Shown here in pieces: positions 11,302-21,491 of a stretch of 64,000 nt of DNA. Source of the stretch: Gammaproteobacteria bacterium (GTDB taxonomy: Bacteria > Pseudomonadota > Gammaproteobacteria > UBA4575); contig CBDCTA010000029.1 of the NCBI GenBank assembly GCA_965221955.1, forward strand, positions 448,001-512,000. Reading direction: 5' to 3'. Positions within the stretch are counted from its first letter, which is position 1. Every line of letters begins with the position of its first letter. Position numbers and translations under genes: made by a program. The notes beneath the pieces are model-generated. The model had not been told where the DNA came from. It made no database searches and saw only the letters and a program-made list of their open reading frames with translations.

Positions 11302-12201
11302 ATGGCGGATCGACGTTTACAGGTATTTTATACCGTTGCAAAGTTGCTCAGTTTCACTAAGGCAGCTGAAACCTTACACATGACACAACCAGCGGTGACC
11401 TTTCAGGTGCGACAGCTTGAGGAGCACTTTAATACTCGGTTATTCGATCGTACTCATAATCGCGTAACCTTGACTGAAGCAGGACGTAAATCTTACGAAT
11501 ATGCAGAAGAGATTTTTGAGCTCTATGCAGAAATGGAAAACTCGATTAAAGAGTTAACCGGTGATGTAAGTGGCGTATTGACCTTGGGCGCAAGTACTAC
11601 CATTGCAGAATACATGCTGCCTAGTTTATTAAGTGGCTTTACTAAACAATATCCTGATATTCAATTACGTCTCAAAGTTTCGAATACTGAAGGTATTGTT
11701 TCGATGATAGAAAACAGCATGATCGATTTAGGGATCGTCGAAGGACCGGTTACCAACAAAAATTTACTCGTCGAAGAGTGCCGTAAAGATTCCCTGGTTG
11801 TCATTGTTCCAAAAGATCATGAGTTGGCAAGCAAAAGCTCTATCAGTATGGACGAACTCATGCATCATCCCTTTATCTGTCGCGAAGAAGGGTCAGGTAC
11901 ACGAGAAGTCATTATGGACTACCTGATAAGTCAAGGTTTGGATCGAAATAACTTAAACATTAGTTTGGAGCTGGGGAGTCCCGAATCTGTGAAGGGTGCG
12001 GTTGAAGCTGGGATGGGTGTTTCGATTGTTTCTAACGTAACGATAGAAAAAGAGCTTAAGCTTGATAGCCTCTATAAACTTGATTTAACCCCCGCGCTCG
12101 AAAGACCATTTTCATTTGTGCGCCAAAGGCAAAAATTCCGACTACATGCAATGGAACAGTTGTTAGATTATGCGCGAGGGTACTGTAGCCCTGAAAAGTA
12201 A
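11302..12201 (+). CDS. LysR-family transcriptional regulator (CysL-like substrate domain)
   Basis: Start MADRRLQVF with GAGG RBS; HTH SFTKAAETLHMTQPAVT; REEGSGTR. Confidence 0.92.
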   Translation: MADRRLQVFYTVAKLLSFTKAAETLHMTQPAVTFQVRQLEEHFNTRLFDRTHNRVTLTEAGRKSYEYAEEIFELYAEMENSIKELTGDVSGVLTLGASTTIAEYMLPSLLSGFTKQYPDIQLRLKVSNTEGIVSMIENSMIDLGIVEGPVTNKNLLVEECRKDSLVVIVPKDHELASKSSISMDELMHHPFICREEGSGTREVIMDYLISQGLDRNNLNISLELGSPESVKGAVEAGMGVSIVSNVTIEKELKLDSLYKLDLTPALERPFSFVRQRQKFRLHAMEQLLDYARGYCSPEK

Positions 12202-12368
12202 CTTTCGTTTCGAAATTTGCTGTAAGAAAATTCTAATCACTAGTGGCTGAACTAATTGCTAAATTGTCATGCTTCTTTATGTGTAGATAACATCCATATA
12301 AGGGTGTTGCAGAAGAGAACTGTTCATTAAAATGTGTAGTCTGAACAGTATTCCTAGATCTTAAATAC

Positions 12369-13487
12369 ATGATTGAATACATAAGAAACTGGTATCAGCG
12401 ACATTTTTCTGACCCGCAAGTAGTCATACTTGCGTTATTTTTGATTGTTGGCTTTGCGGTCGTTTTATTAGCGGGTGATTTGCTTGCGCCCATATTAGCT
12501 AGCATTGTGATTGCGTATGTGTTGGATGGTGCAGTTGAGATCCTGCGGCGCGGGAAAATTCCCAGATTTCTAGCGTTAGGACTTGTGTTTTTTGCCTTTA
12601 TTACCTTGCTTTTGGTTATCATCTTTGCGTTGGTACCAAAGTTGTCGCAACAGTTAACGCAATTCTTTCGTGAATTGCCGAATATGATTTCTCAAGGTCA
12701 AAATCTGTTGATGCAATTACCGGAGCGCTATCCGAGCATTGCGCAAATATTTACTGAAGAGCAAGTCAACGAGCTTATATGGTCTATTCGGTCGCAACTT
12801 ATTTCTGCGGGACATAATTTTATTAGCCAACCGCTAGAGTCTGTAGTGGGTTTGTTGACTATTATGGTGTACTTAATTTTAGTGCCTTTGCTAGTGTTCT
12901 TTTTCCTAAAAGATAAAGAAAAAATATTAAATTGGTTAGAGGGTTTTTTGCCGAAGAATCGTGAATTAACCAATGAGGTTTGGTTTGAAGTAAATCAAAA
13001 AATTGCCAGCTATATTCGAGGCAAGTTTCTAGAAATATTTTTAATTTGGTTGGTTACCTACGTAACTTTTGTTTTTTTGGGTTTACAGTATGCAATGTTA
13101 CTTTCATTTTTAGTTGGTATTTCTGTAATTGTTCCTTACGTGGGTGCTGCAGTAGTCACGATACCGATTGCTTTTGTAGCATATTTTCAGTGGGGCTTCG
13201 GTGCAGAGTTTGCATATGTACTCATTGCTTATGCGGTAATTCAATTTTTAGACGGGAATATATTAGTACCGTTGTTGTTTTCTGAAGTCGTTAATTTGCA
13301 TCCAGTGGCAATTATTGCTGCAGTATTAGTATTTGGCGGGATTTGGGGTTTGTGGGGAGTGTTTTTTGCAATTCCACTTGCAACGCTCGTAAATGCTGTA
13401 ATTAAAGCTTGGCCTACTCAAAAAAATCTGGAAAAAATGCAAAAAGAAAATAAGAGTAAAGAAGCGCAAGAAACAAATCCAGTATAA
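12369..13487 (+). CDS. perM: AI-2E family transporter (PerM)
   Basis: Multi-pass membrane protein, LDGNILVPLLFSEVVNLHPV; synteny with bcp-dapA. Confidence 0.88.
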   Translation: MIEYIRNWYQRHFSDPQVVILALFLIVGFAVVLLAGDLLAPILASIVIAYVLDGAVEILRRGKIPRFLALGLVFFAFITLLLVIIFALVPKLSQQLTQFFRELPNMISQGQNLLMQLPERYPSIAQIFTEEQVNELIWSIRSQLISAGHNFISQPLESVVGLLTIMVYLILVPLLVFFFLKDKEKILNWLEGFLPKNRELTNEVWFEVNQKIASYIRGKFLEIFLIWLVTYVTFVFLGLQYAMLLSFLVGISVIVPYVGAAVVTIPIAFVAYFQWGFGAEFAYVLIAYAVIQFLDGNILVPLLFSEVVNLHPVAIIAAVLVFGGIWGLWGVFFAIPLATLVNAVIKAWPTQKNLEKMQKENKSKEAQETNPV

Positions 13488-13492
13488 TATTT

Positions 13493-13990
13493 TTAAAGTT
13501 GTTTGGTCGCAGTAAATACTTCCTCTACATGCTCCTTAACTTTTACTTTTCTCCATTCTTTTCGAAGTACTCCTTTTTCATCAATTAGAAACGTGCTGCG
13601 TTCAATGCCACGCACTTTTTTGCCATACATATTTTTCATTTTTATTACATCAAATAATTTGCACAGTGCTTCATCAGGGTCTGAAATCAATTCAAATTTA
13701 AAGTTAAATTTTTCTTTGAATTTATTGTGAGAGCTCAGTGAATCACGCGATACGCCAAAAACGATTGCTCCCGCACGTTTGAATTTTGTTAATGTAGCCT
13801 GAAAATCTTGTCCTTCGGTAGTGCAGCCAGGAGTATTGTCTTTAGGATAAAAATATAGAATCAACTTTTTGCCCTTGAAATCAGATAATTTAATTTTTTG
13901 TTCTGGTGTGCAAAGGCAGCTGAAGGCAGGTACCTTCTTGTTTAGTGTAACTGTATTGCTTTTTTTGCTTGGGTTTTTGGTGGTAGTCAC
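13493..13990 (-). CDS. bcp: Peroxiredoxin Bcp
   Basis: YFYPKDNTPGCTTE, ERSTFLID. Confidence 0.93.
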   Translation of the reverse strand: MTTTKNPSKKSNTVTLNKKVPAFSCLCTPEQKIKLSDFKGKKLILYFYPKDNTPGCTTEGQDFQATLTKFKRAGAIVFGVSRDSLSSHNKFKEKFNFKFELISDPDEALCKLFDVIKMKNMYGKKVRGIERSTFLIDEKGVLRKEWRKVKVKEHVEEVFTATKQL

Positions 13991-14100
13991 AAATATGTCC
14001 TTGATTTAATTAGGTGTTCAGCGCCGGATTCCTTGTAATAGTCTGTTTTCATTTGTAATATCGCTCGCTTCATCGTTCAACCATCCAATTGAGGTAGCCA

Positions 14101-14976
14101 GTGTTCAAAGGCAGCATGGTTGCAATTGCAACCCCCATGCATGAAGGCGGTGCGGTCGACTATGACTCACTAGCTAAATATGTTGAGTTTCATATAGAAA
14201 ATGAAACGGATGCGTTAGTCCCTGCAGGTACAACAGGAGAATCTGCAACCTTGGATCATACCGAACATTGCGAGGTGATTAAATTCGTTGTTGATCAAGT
14301 AAAAGGCCGTATTCCGATTATCGCGGGGACCGGTGCAAATTCCACTCAAGAAGCCATTGCGTTAACTCAATGCGCAAAAGATGCAGGTGCAGATGCTTGC
14401 TTGTTAGTTTCTCCTTATTACAACAAGCCTACTCAAGAAGGCTTAGTACTGCATCACCAGGCAATTGCTAAAGCAGTGGCGATCCCACAAATTCTTTATA
14501 ATGTTCCTGGACGTACAGCATGTGATTTGTTACCAGAGACTGCAATTCGACTTTCTAAAGTTGAGAATATTGTGGGTATCAAAGAAGCTACAGGTGAAAT
14601 CAAACGATGCACACAAATTTTAGAAGGTAGTCCAGAAGGTTTTATGCTAATTAGCGGAGATGATGACACCGCTATGGAATTTCTATTAGCAGGTGGTTGT
14701 GGTGTAATCACGGTTACAGGAAATGTCGCACCAAAATTATTTCATGATATGTGTATGGCCTGTCTTGAAGGTGATCGAAACAAAGCCCAGGAAATTAACG
14801 CTAAATTGGATAAATTGAACAAGGACTTATTTGTTGAGTCTAATCCTATACCGGTGAAATGGTGTTTGACCGAGATGGGTCTTTTCCCAACAGGTATGCG
14901 GTTACCGATGACTACATTATCAAGTCAATATCATGAAACCCTGCGACAAGCATTGTCTGCTGCAGGTTCTATCTAA
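14101..14976 (+). CDS. dapA: 4-hydroxy-tetrahydrodipicolinate synthase
   Basis: GTTGESATL, YNVPGRT, GIKEA. Confidence 0.97.
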   Translation: MFKGSMVAIATPMHEGGAVDYDSLAKYVEFHIENETDALVPAGTTGESATLDHTEHCEVIKFVVDQVKGRIPIIAGTGANSTQEAIALTQCAKDAGADACLLVSPYYNKPTQEGLVLHHQAIAKAVAIPQILYNVPGRTACDLLPETAIRLSKVENIVGIKEATGEIKRCTQILEGSPEGFMLISGDDDTAMEFLLAGGCGVITVTGNVAPKLFHDMCMACLEGDRNKAQEINAKLDKLNKDLFVESNPIPVKWCLTEMGLFPTGMRLPMTTLSSQYHETLRQALSAAGSI

Positions 14977-14992
14977 ACTGGATACGGATTAA

Positions 14993-16054
14993 GTGCAAAA
15001 AATATTTTCCAACTTCTTTCTTATATGCGTTTTTGTAATTTTGCTATTGCTAAGTGGTTGTGCATTTTTAAAATTTGGTTCGGACTACACAGATGCAGGA
15101 TCTACTAACCCATTAGAAGCTCCGCCTGATTTAGTCACGCCTCAATGGGAAGAGAGTTTGGAAATCCCTAAGACTGCAAATGATCGAGTAAGTGCTTTAG
15201 AAACCCAAGGGCCAGCACTCGGTGCGGCGGTATTACCTGAGTTTGTTGATGTACGTGTGCGTCGTGAAGGGCCTACAACCTGGTTAGAAGTGGATAGTGA
15301 TCCAGTTTCTTTATGGCCAGCCATCCGTAGATTTTGGCAAGATGAAGGCTATCCTATCGGTGCCGATGAACCATTGCTTGGATATATAGAAACCGAATGG
15401 AAGCAACACACGGATCGTTCATTAAGTAGTGAAACCAAGCAAGAAAGCTACGATGTGACGGGTGAAAAATTTCGCACACGTCTTGAGCGTCAGCCGAATG
15501 CGGTAACAAATATATTTTTAACCCATCGCGGTGCAGAAGTTGCAGCGATCAATAAACAAAATCAAATTCTTTGGAAGCCGCAACCACCTAATGGTGAGCG
15601 TGAAACCGAAATGATGATTCGTTTAATGGAGTTTTTAGGAAATACTAGGCAAGAAGCGCAACAAAAATTAGTAGGTGCAGATGCGCAATTTTTATATTTA
15701 GATATAAAAGATATTGGTGGTGTACCTGTTTTAGTAGTGGGAGATATTTTTTCTCGTGTATGGAGGCGTACAGGTGTTGCACTGGATCGCTCGGGTTTAG
15801 TAGTCGAAGATCATGACCGTAATAAGGGCACCTATTATGTAGCGGTAGATTTTGCGCCCGTAGGTGTACCTACGCAGGAAAAAGAAAATATACAAAAGGC
15901 CTTTTACGAAATTCATTTGTTAGGCCAAGGAAAGCAAACGCTCATCACAGTTCACCAAGTTAATAAAGAAGCAGGAGTGATAGATCCTAAAACTGCGAAG
16001 CAATTGTTGAAGAGGGTGGTTGCGGCATATCCGGGGAGTTATCCTAACTCGTAA
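14993..16054 (+). CDS. bamC: Outer membrane protein assembly factor BamC
   Basis: Lipobox LSGC, PLEAPPDL, WRRTGVALDRSG; directly after dapA. Confidence 0.88.
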   Translation: MQKIFSNFFLICVFVILLLLSGCAFLKFGSDYTDAGSTNPLEAPPDLVTPQWEESLEIPKTANDRVSALETQGPALGAAVLPEFVDVRVRREGPTTWLEVDSDPVSLWPAIRRFWQDEGYPIGADEPLLGYIETEWKQHTDRSLSSETKQESYDVTGEKFRTRLERQPNAVTNIFLTHRGAEVAAINKQNQILWKPQPPNGERETEMMIRLMEFLGNTRQEAQQKLVGADAQFLYLDIKDIGGVPVLVVGDIFSRVWRRTGVALDRSGLVVEDHDRNKGTYYVAVDFAPVGVPTQEKENIQKAFYEIHLLGQGKQTLITVHQVNKEAGVIDPKTAKQLLKRVVAAYPGSYPNS

Positions 16055-16128
16055 GTTCGATCGTAACTTTTCCGCTCTCTTTGTAAATAAAAGTTTTTTT
16101 CTTAAGCACTTGTTCTTAGAGAGCAAGC

Positions 16129-16285
16129 TACTTTTGTTACGCCAAAAGTACCCAAAAGCATTGCGCTAACATCACTCAATTCTTCGAATGCTCGATATTT
16201 TCAGCGGCTCGCAAACTCGCTTCACTCAGACACTGCTCGCCTTCACCTGAAAATATCTTACGCTTCTCAGCGTGATGAATGCGCG
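16129..16285. repeat. Nested-hairpin intergenic element
   Basis: TACTTTTG/CAAAAGTA hairpin, GATATTTTCAG/CTGAAAATATC stem, ATCAC/GTGAT outer stem, internal AACTCGCTTCACTCAGACA. Confidence 0.55.
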
Positions 16286-16311
16286 ATTAAGAGTAAGAAT
16301 GTTTTGAGTAT

Positions 16312-16341
16312 AATAATTGCCAACGACCCAAAGCGGACATT
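16312..16341 (-). repeat. 30-bp palindromic site A (one arm degenerate)
   Basis: Reverse complement reads AATGTCCGCT-TTGGGTCGTT-GGCAATTATT. Confidence 0.8.
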
Positions 16342-16365
16342 CTAGAAATTAACATGGAGACAAAT

Positions 16366-16737
16366 ATGAATGATAAAACACTATACGAGCGATTAGGTGG
16401 GTATGAAGGCATCATTACTTTTGTGGAGGACCTGCTTCCACGCTTAGAAGCCGATTCTCAACTGGGCCGATTTTGGCAGCATCGAGGTGATGACGGCGTG
16501 GCAAGAGAGAAGCAACTATTGATTGACTATTTATGTGCTAATGCTGGTGGACCCATGTATTACACAGGGCGTGATATGAAAACATCACATGTAGGTATGA
16601 AAATAAGTGAAGAAGATTGGTCCATATTCATGGGGCATGCAGGGGACACTATGAAAGCATTAAATGTCCCAGAGCAAGAATGTAATGAAATTGCTGCCTT
16701 TGTAACGAGTTTAAAATCAGATATTGTCGAAGTTTAA
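16366..16737 (+). CDS. Group I truncated (2/2) hemoglobin
   Basis: LYERLGG, GGPMYYTGRDMKTSH (proximal His), GGAGA RBS before MNDK. Confidence 0.92.
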   Translation: MNDKTLYERLGGYEGIITFVEDLLPRLEADSQLGRFWQHRGDDGVAREKQLLIDYLCANAGGPMYYTGRDMKTSHVGMKISEEDWSIFMGHAGDTMKALNVPEQECNEIAAFVTSLKSDIVEV

Positions 16738-16809
16738 TGACAACTTATAACACTGAATTGGATTCCATATATCTACAAATATTGTATTGAGTCTTTAAGG
16801 GGTTTAGAG

Positions 16810-17601
16810 ATGGAAAGAAACACTACATTGTATTCAAGACTTGGTGAGCGAGACACTATATCCCGCCTCACTAACACGTTATTTTCACACATCATGGCTG
16901 ACAATCAATTAGGTAAATATTGGGAATCAATGTGTGATGATGGAATTAATAAAAACAGACAGTATCTTCTTGACTATTTATGTGCAAATACAGGTGGACC
17001 AGAACTTTATTCCGGCCGTGATAATAAAACTGCGCATAAGGGAATGGACATTACTGAACAAGACTGGACTAAGTTTATTACCCATTTAACAAATACGTTA
17101 GATGGTCATGGAATAATAAATCCAGAAAAAGATGAGGTGTTGAAGTTATTTGCTAATACAAAAAATGACATTGTAGAAGTAAAGCCAACAGTTAAGAGAG
17201 AATCACTGTTTGAAAGAATTGGAAGTTTATCTAAAGTGCAAGAGCTAGCGAGTGAATTTTACGATGTAATGGATAAAGAATCCTTTGCAAAAGATCTGCG
17301 TGAAATTCATCCAGAAAACTTATTTATGTCAAAAAAATCACTAGCTAAATTCATCGCTCAATGGTTGGGTGGGCCAAAATTATTTGGTGATCAGTATGTA
17401 AACGTTACATGGTTAGAGCTACGGCATCGAAGATTTGAGCTGAGCGAAAAAAACAAACAACAATGGCTATATTGCATGGATATGGCGATGACGAATGTAG
17501 GAATTGAAGATGGCTTAAAACGTGAACTACACCGAAAATTTGAAGGCATGATAAATTCAATGCAACTGCAAAGAGACAGAATCAAAAACAAAAATATTTA
17601 G
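16810..17601 (+). CDS. Two-domain truncated hemoglobin (group I + group II-like)
   Basis: N-domain GGPELYSGRDNKTAHKGM; C-domain LFERIG...EFYDVM...QWLGGPKLF...LRHRRF...QQWLYCM. Confidence 0.85.
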   Translation: MERNTTLYSRLGERDTISRLTNTLFSHIMADNQLGKYWESMCDDGINKNRQYLLDYLCANTGGPELYSGRDNKTAHKGMDITEQDWTKFITHLTNTLDGHGIINPEKDEVLKLFANTKNDIVEVKPTVKRESLFERIGSLSKVQELASEFYDVMDKESFAKDLREIHPENLFMSKKSLAKFIAQWLGGPKLFGDQYVNVTWLELRHRRFELSEKNKQQWLYCMDMAMTNVGIEDGLKRELHRKFEGMINSMQLQRDRIKNKNI

Positions 17602-17607
17602 TTGGGG

Positions 17608-17637
17608 AATGTCCGCTATTGGCCAAAGGCGGACATT
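17608..17637. repeat. 30-bp palindromic site B
   Basis: AATGTCCGCT-ATTGGCCAAA-GGCGGACATT, 6 bp after the globin stop. Confidence 0.85.
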
Positions 17638-17700
17638 TTTAGCTCAGTTGTCTCTAATCTGTTGCATCGTCCCTGATGGACATCATATTCGCATATCCAT

Positions 17701-17730
17701 GTGCTCACTAAGTGCCCGAAAGCGGACATT
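17701..17730 (-). repeat. 30-bp palindromic site C (one arm degenerate)
   Basis: Reverse complement AATGTCCGCT-TTCGGGCACT-TAGTGAGCAC; 4 bp from the dxs stop. Confidence 0.75.
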
Positions 17731-17734
17731 TTAT

Positions 17735-19603
17735 TCAAGAAATTTTTACAGTATTAGTTTTTGTAAACTCTTGAATCGATTTCAAAATCGATTTTGCATC
17801 GAGTCCGGCTTCTTCTAGAAGTTCTTCGCGGGAGGCATGGTCTTGATAGATGTCAGGTAGGCCTAAGTTTTTAATTTTTATTTTAGTATTATTTGTTAAT
17901 ACTTCGTTTACTGCGCTGCCAGCGCCGCCTGCAACAACATTGTCTTCAACAGTAGCGATGAATTCATGCTGCTGAGCTATTTTTCCAACTAAAGCGGAAT
18001 CAATCGGTTTAACAAAGCGCATATTTACAACGGTTGCATCGAGCTCTTCGCCCGCTTGGAGTGCATCATAAACAGTGCTTCCGAAAGCCAATATTGCAAC
18101 ATCCTTTCCTTCACGAAGAACTTCGGCTTTGCCGATTTGAACTTCACGCATTTCAGGAGACACGGGAGCGCCTGGTCCGCTTCCACGCGGATAACGCACA
18201 GCAGTAGGGCAGTCTTGTAGGTGTGCGGTGTAAAGCATGCGTCGAGTTTCGTTTTCATTTGCGGGTGTCATGACAATCATGTTGGGAATGCAGCGTAAAT
18301 AAGTTAAGTCGAAACTGCCGGCATGCGTTTGTCCATCGGGGCCAACAACGCCTGCACGATCGATGGCAAAAACAACCGGTAAGTTTTGTACTGCGACATC
18401 GTGAATGAGTTGATCGTATGCGCGTTGTAAAAACGTTGAGTAAATTGCAACGACGGGTTTTAATTTTTCACATGCCATACCTGCTGCAAGGGTAACGGCA
18501 TGTTGTTCTGCAATCGCAACGTCGAAATATCGATTGGGGAATTTCTTTTCAAACTCTACTAGACCAGAACCTTCGCGCATTGCGGGAGTGATGGCGACAA
18601 CACGATCATCTTGTTCAGCAATATCACAAATCCAGTCGCTAAAAACTTTTGTATAGGTGGTTTTAGGTTTTTTATTTGATTTAACTACGCCCACATTTGG
18701 GTCAAATGAAGGTACCGCATGATAACCAACAGGGTCAGACTCGGCTTTTTCGTAACCTTTACCTTTGCGAGTTACAATGTGTAAAAGACGGGGGCCTTCT
18801 AAGCGTTTTAAATTTTGTAATGTTTTAGCTAAACCTGAAACATCGTGGCCATCGACAGGGCCAAAATAATTTACACCCATTTCTTCAAACAATGTGCCGG
18901 GTGCAATCATACCTTTAACATGTTCTTCAGCACGTTTAGCCAATTCATGAATGGGTGGGAGAGGTTCGAGTAATTTCTTACTGCCTTCACGCATGCTAGA
19001 CATCACACGACCCGATAAAATGCGTGTTAGATAATTTGTCATTGCACCTACGTTTGGTGAAATAGACATTTCGTTGTCATTTAGAATAACAAGTAAATCG
19101 GCTCTACAAGCGCCAAGATGGTTTAAGGCTTCATAAGCCAGTCCTGCAGTGAGTCCGCCATCGCCGATTACAGCTACAACTTTACGTTTCTCAGTTTGTT
19201 GGCTGGCAATCGCCATACCTAATGCTGCACTGATAGAAGTGCTAGAGTGACCTACACCGAAATGATCGTATTCACTTTCATTGCGTTTCGGGAAAGGTGC
19301 TAATCCATCTTTGGTGCGAATGGTAGTGATTTGATTTTTACGACCCGTAAGAATTTTATGTGGGTAACATTGGTGCCCAACATCCCACACAACTCGATCA
19401 TGCGGGGTATTAAATACATAATGCAATGCGGTAGTAATTTCGATTGCACCTAATCCTGCAGCAAAGTGCCCACCACTTGTTGCGACCGAGTCTAATAAAT
19501 AAGCGCGTAATTCTTGTGCTACTGCAGGCAAATGTTTGGCATCCAAGGCACGTAAGTCTGCGGGATACTCAATGTTGCTTAGTAATGGATATTGTTGGGT
19601 CAT
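17735..19603 (-). CDS. dxs: 1-deoxy-D-xylulose-5-phosphate synthase
   Basis: [31 protein letters not shown]. Confidence 0.98.
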   Translation of the reverse strand: MTQQYPLLSNIEYPADLRALDAKHLPAVAQELRAYLLDSVATSGGHFAAGLGAIEITTALHYVFNTPHDRVVWDVGHQCYPHKILTGRKNQITTIRTKDGLAPFPKRNESEYDHFGVGHSSTSISAALGMAIASQQTEKRKVVAVIGDGGLTAGLAYEALNHLGACRADLLVILNDNEMSISPNVGAMTNYLTRILSGRVMSSMREGSKKLLEPLPPIHELAKRAEEHVKGMIAPGTLFEEMGVNYFGPVDGHDVSGLAKTLQNLKRLEGPRLLHIVTRKGKGYEKAESDPVGYHAVPSFDPNVGVVKSNKKPKTTYTKVFSDWICDIAEQDDRVVAITPAMREGSGLVEFEKKFPNRYFDVAIAEQHAVTLAAGMACEKLKPVVAIYSTFLQRAYDQLIHDVAVQNLPVVFAIDRAGVVGPDGQTHAGSFDLTYLRCIPNMIVMTPANENETRRMLYTAHLQDCPTAVRYPRGSGPGAPVSPEMREVQIGKAEVLREGKDVAILAFGSTVYDALQAGEELDATVVNMRFVKPIDSALVGKIAQQHEFIATVEDNVVAGGAGSAVNEVLTNNTKIKIKNLGLPDIYQDHASREELLEEAGLDAKSILKSIQEFTKTNTVKIS

Positions 19604-19605
19604 TG

Positions 19606-20544
19606 TTACGAATTTCGATTGACCATATAGTTACTGATCATTCTTAAATTGTCAGCACGCTCATCTAGGTCTTGTAGCTCATTTAATGCCTCTTGCAACA
19701 AATTATTCGCGGTATTTTTGGCTTGTTCTACCCCCACAATGCTAGGGTAGGTAGGCTTATTTTGTGCCACATCTGAGCCCTGCGGTTTACCTAAGGTCTC
19801 GGTATCAGCCTGAATATCGAGGATATCGTCACGGATCTGAAAAGCGAGGCCTACTTTTTCTGCAAAATGTGCAAAGTGCGCAAAGGTTTTGGGGGTATTC
19901 ATATCACTGGCAACCACTGCCATAAGTACACTTGCTTGGATTAAAGCCGCAGTTTTAAGTGTATGCATGGTAGTAATTTGTGTTTCATCCAGCTGTTTAT
20001 TGACTGAGGCAAGGTCAATCGCTTGGCCTCCTGCCATGCCTAATGAGCCTGAAGCATTTGCGAGTAACTGAATCATTTTGACACGCTGGTCATTAGGTAC
20101 TTCTGCATTTGCAAGAATGGCAAATGCCAATGCTTGAATCGCATCACCTGCAAGAATGGCTGTCGCCTCGTCAAATGCTTTATGGCATGTAGGTTGGCCA
20201 CGACGTAAATCATCATCATCCATAGCAGGAAGATCGTCGTGAATGAGTGAGTAACTGTGCATCAGTTCGACAGCACAAGCAGCCGAATGTAAATGTTCTA
20301 TATTCGTATCTAGCGCTTCTCCCGTTGCGTATACAAGTGCAGGGCGAATACGTTTGCCGCCGCTCACGACAGAGTATCGCATGGCTTGATGCAATCTTTT
20401 AGGGGCGTCAGTTTCGTTAGGGAGTTTGTTTTCTAGTTGTTGGTTAACTTGATTTGCATATAGTGTAATTAATTCATCAACAGTGAGTTGTTGCATCAAT
20501 GTTTCACTATCCATTTCATTAGTCTTTGAGGTCTTCACTATCAT
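19606..20544 (-). CDS. ispA: Farnesyl diphosphate synthase (true start probably a downstream Met)
   Basis: [30 protein letters not shown]. Confidence 0.95.
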   Translation of the reverse strand: MIVKTSKTNEMDSETLMQQLTVDELITLYANQVNQQLENKLPNETDAPKRLHQAMRYSVVSGGKRIRPALVYATGEALDTNIEHLHSAACAVELMHSYSLIHDDLPAMDDDDLRRGQPTCHKAFDEATAILAGDAIQALAFAILANAEVPNDQRVKMIQLLANASGSLGMAGGQAIDLASVNKQLDETQITTMHTLKTAALIQASVLMAVVASDMNTPKTFAHFAHFAEKVGLAFQIRDDILDIQADTETLGKPQGSDVAQNKPTYPSIVGVEQAKNTANNLLQEALNELQDLDERADNLRMISNYMVNRNS

Positions 20545-20773
20545 CGAGATCCTTCTCTATCCATTCTTGATCTTCTTTGCTCAAAACAGAAATTTTTTGT
20601 TCTGCTGTTTGCAAAGCTTGTCGGCATTCGCGCGTAAGTTTTACGCCTTGCTCAAAATTTTTAAGTGAGTCCTCTAATGAAAGGTCACCTTTTTCTAGTT
20701 TATCGACTAAGCTTTCTAATTGTTTTAGCGATTTTTCAAAATCTATAGTCTTTGTAGAGGGTTTACGCGCCAA
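20519..20773 (-). CDS. xseB: Exodeoxyribonuclease VII small subunit
   Basis: FEKSLKQLESLVDKLEKGDLSLEDSL; xseB-ispA-dxs synteny. Confidence 0.95.
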   Translation of the reverse strand: MARKPSTKTIDFEKSLKQLESLVDKLEKGDLSLEDSLKNFEQGVKLTRECRQALQTAEQKISVLSKEDQEWIEKDLDDSEDLKD

Positions 20774-20837
20774 AATTTTTTCCTATTTATATTTGATATA
20801 AGTCATAAAAGATCGTTTTGAATTTGATCGATTCAGG

Positions 20838-20892
20838 TTGACATGTTTTTAGACCTAGTCTAGAGTTTCACACAGTTTAGACTAAGTCTAAA
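20838..20892 (+). promoter_or_regulatory. Sigma70 promoter of the rubrerythrin operon with two palindromic operators
   Basis: TTGACA (20838) N17 TAGAGT (20861); TTTAGACCTAGTCTAGA (20848-20864) and perfect TTTAGACT-A-AGTCTAAA (20876-20892). Confidence 0.8.
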
Positions 20893-20955
20893 TCATACAA
20901 AACCGGCAAATTCATTATGACTTTGCTGTAATCATAATAGCTGGAGGTAGCGATA

Positions 20956-21372
20956 ATGTCTCTAAAAGGCAGTAAAACTGAAGAAAATTTAAAAGCCGCA
21001 TTTGCGGGTGAATCACAAGCTAACCGTCGATATCTATATTTCGCTGCGAAAGCAGACGTAGAAGGTTACAACGACGTATCTGCAGTATTTCGCTCAACTG
21101 CGGAAGGCGAGACAGGTCATGCGCACGGCCACTTAGAATACTTAGAAGAGTGTGGTGATCCTGCTACAGGTCTACCAATTGGTGGCACGAGCGATAACTT
21201 GAAAGCAGCTATCGCAGGTGAAACGCATGAGTATACAGATATGTATCCAGGCATGGCGAAAACCGCTCGCGAAGAAAACTTTGACGAAGTTGCAGACTGG
21301 TTTGAAACGCTAGCGAAAGCAGAGCGTTCGCACGCAAACCGTTTCCAAAAAGCTTTAGACACTTTAGATTAA
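20956..21372 (+). CDS. Rubrerythrin lacking the rubredoxin domain (aerobic type)
   Basis: [40 protein letters not shown] di-iron ExxH motifs. Confidence 0.95.
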   Translation: MSLKGSKTEENLKAAFAGESQANRRYLYFAAKADVEGYNDVSAVFRSTAEGETGHAHGHLEYLEECGDPATGLPIGGTSDNLKAAIAGETHEYTDMYPGMAKTAREENFDEVADWFETLAKAERSHANRFQKALDTLD

Positions 21373-21411
21373 GTTTTCAACTAGTCTAGGTGACTGAACA
21401 AAATCACCGAA

Positions 21412-21466
21412 AAGATTTTGCATAGTACAAACCGTAACAATGCGGTTTGTGCCTTGCAAAAATCTT
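21412..21466 (+). terminator. Long intra-operon hairpin after rubrerythrin
   Basis: AAGATTTTGCA..ACAAACCG/CGGTTTGT..TGCAAAAATCTT. Confidence 0.5.
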
Positions 21467-21491
21467 CCACGACGCAACAGGATAATCTTTT

